Positions 63,416-64,000 of a stretch of 64,000 nt of DNA are shown in pieces; within the stretch, counting starts at the first letter, position 1; each line of letters begins with the position of its first letter. The notes beneath the pieces were generated by a model, which saw nothing but the letters and a program-made list of their open reading frames with translations, was not told the DNA's origin and searched no databases. The position numbers were made by a program, and so were the translations under genes. This DNA is from an uncultured delta proteobacterium. Its GTDB lineage: Bacteria; Desulfobacterota; Desulfobacteria; Desulfobacterales; JAFDCJ01. The DNA lies in assembly GCA_963769935.1 (NCBI GenBank), contig CAVYNY010000018.1, positions 160,001 through 224,000 on the forward strand, in the 5' to 3' direction.

Positions 63416-63873
63416 AAATTACAGCCTGGCGGATTGTTAAATTCCAGTACACTAAAACCGCTTTTGACGGCGAGGGCGCCCGCATAGCCGGCGGCCGCTG
63501 GAATAAAATCGGTACCCCGATGATTTATACAGCGGGTTCTCTGGCACTGGCTGCGTTAGAAACCATTGTCCATTTGCCAAAAAGCGAGTTGCTCAAAAAA
63601 CTATTTTTCCACATCCCGGTGCGGTTTGATAGTGATCTTGTTTTCGCATTGAATCCGGCCGATTTACCTGCAGATTGGGACTGTCTTCCACCTTCTGAAT
63701 CAACCCAGACCATCGGTACTGATTGGATCTTAAAAAAAAGATCGGTAATTTTAAAGGTCCCCAGTACGATCATCCGCGAAGAATCCAACTACCTGATAAA
63801 CCCGGTGCACCCGGATTTCAAAATGCTTTCATTCGGAAACCCGGAGCGATTTACCTTTGATCCCCGGATTTAA
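63412..63873 (+). CDS. RES-domain NAD+ phosphorylase toxin
   Basis: WRI, GGRWN, YTA..LALAALE, VPS and NYLINPVHP. Confidence 0.92.
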   Translation: MKITAWRIVKFQYTKTAFDGEGARIAGGRWNKIGTPMIYTAGSLALAALETIVHLPKSELLKKLFFHIPVRFDSDLVFALNPADLPADWDCLPPSESTQTIGTDWILKKRSVILKVPSTIIREESNYLINPVHPDFKMLSFGNPERFTFDPRI

Positions 63874-64000
63874 TGATAAACATGGAGCAGCTAAACATTG
63901 CCTGCCGATAAATCTTTGGAAAAATCAGCCCTTTTTGTCACCACCGGCATGGCCATCCTGGCGGTATTCAAAGGCGGCGACACTTACCCCTATTCGCCGG

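Noticed and set aside
1..64000. CRISPR array, rRNA, tRNA, transposase or integrase
   Set aside because: No regular repeat-spacer array, RNA-gene pattern or recombinase ORF was recognised; the repeats are dispersed or short-period.
63882..64000. Possible membrane-protein start at the window end
   Set aside because: The ATG frame stops after nine codons, and the alternative frame is too short to call.

Overview
Bacterial chromosomal window. Gene content and order (sirC-ccsA-hemA, dksA-PHP-rnc, STAND cyclases) suggest an anaerobic deltaproteobacterium, probably Desulfobacterales; this is an inference. 1-17 kb is housekeeping: clpB, heme and fatty-acid genes, rnc, PBP1A, hisIG, engB, era, ogt. 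The many indels at 1.7-8 kb look like sequencing errors. 17-31 kb is accessory and partly decaying: gene remnants, an OmpA-domain coiled-coil protein, an orphan nucleotidyltransferase, VapBC, a STAND cyclase with a collapsed paralog, and a PP2C sensor. 31-48 kb holds mixed metabolic and regulatory genes, including a close homolog of plant photorespiratory hydroxypyruvate reductase HPR1. 48.8-62.8 kb is a minus-strand amide/peptide catabolic cluster with GntR, five amide hydrolases and a Dpp/Opp transporter, flanked by TA modules. The intergenic DNA carries several dispersed repeat families; the clearest is a ~97-105 bp MITE-like element with TAATTAATCCGCCC inverted termini. No rRNA, tRNA, CRISPR array, transposase or integrase was recognised. 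All calls are from reading the sequence by eye; no searches were run.
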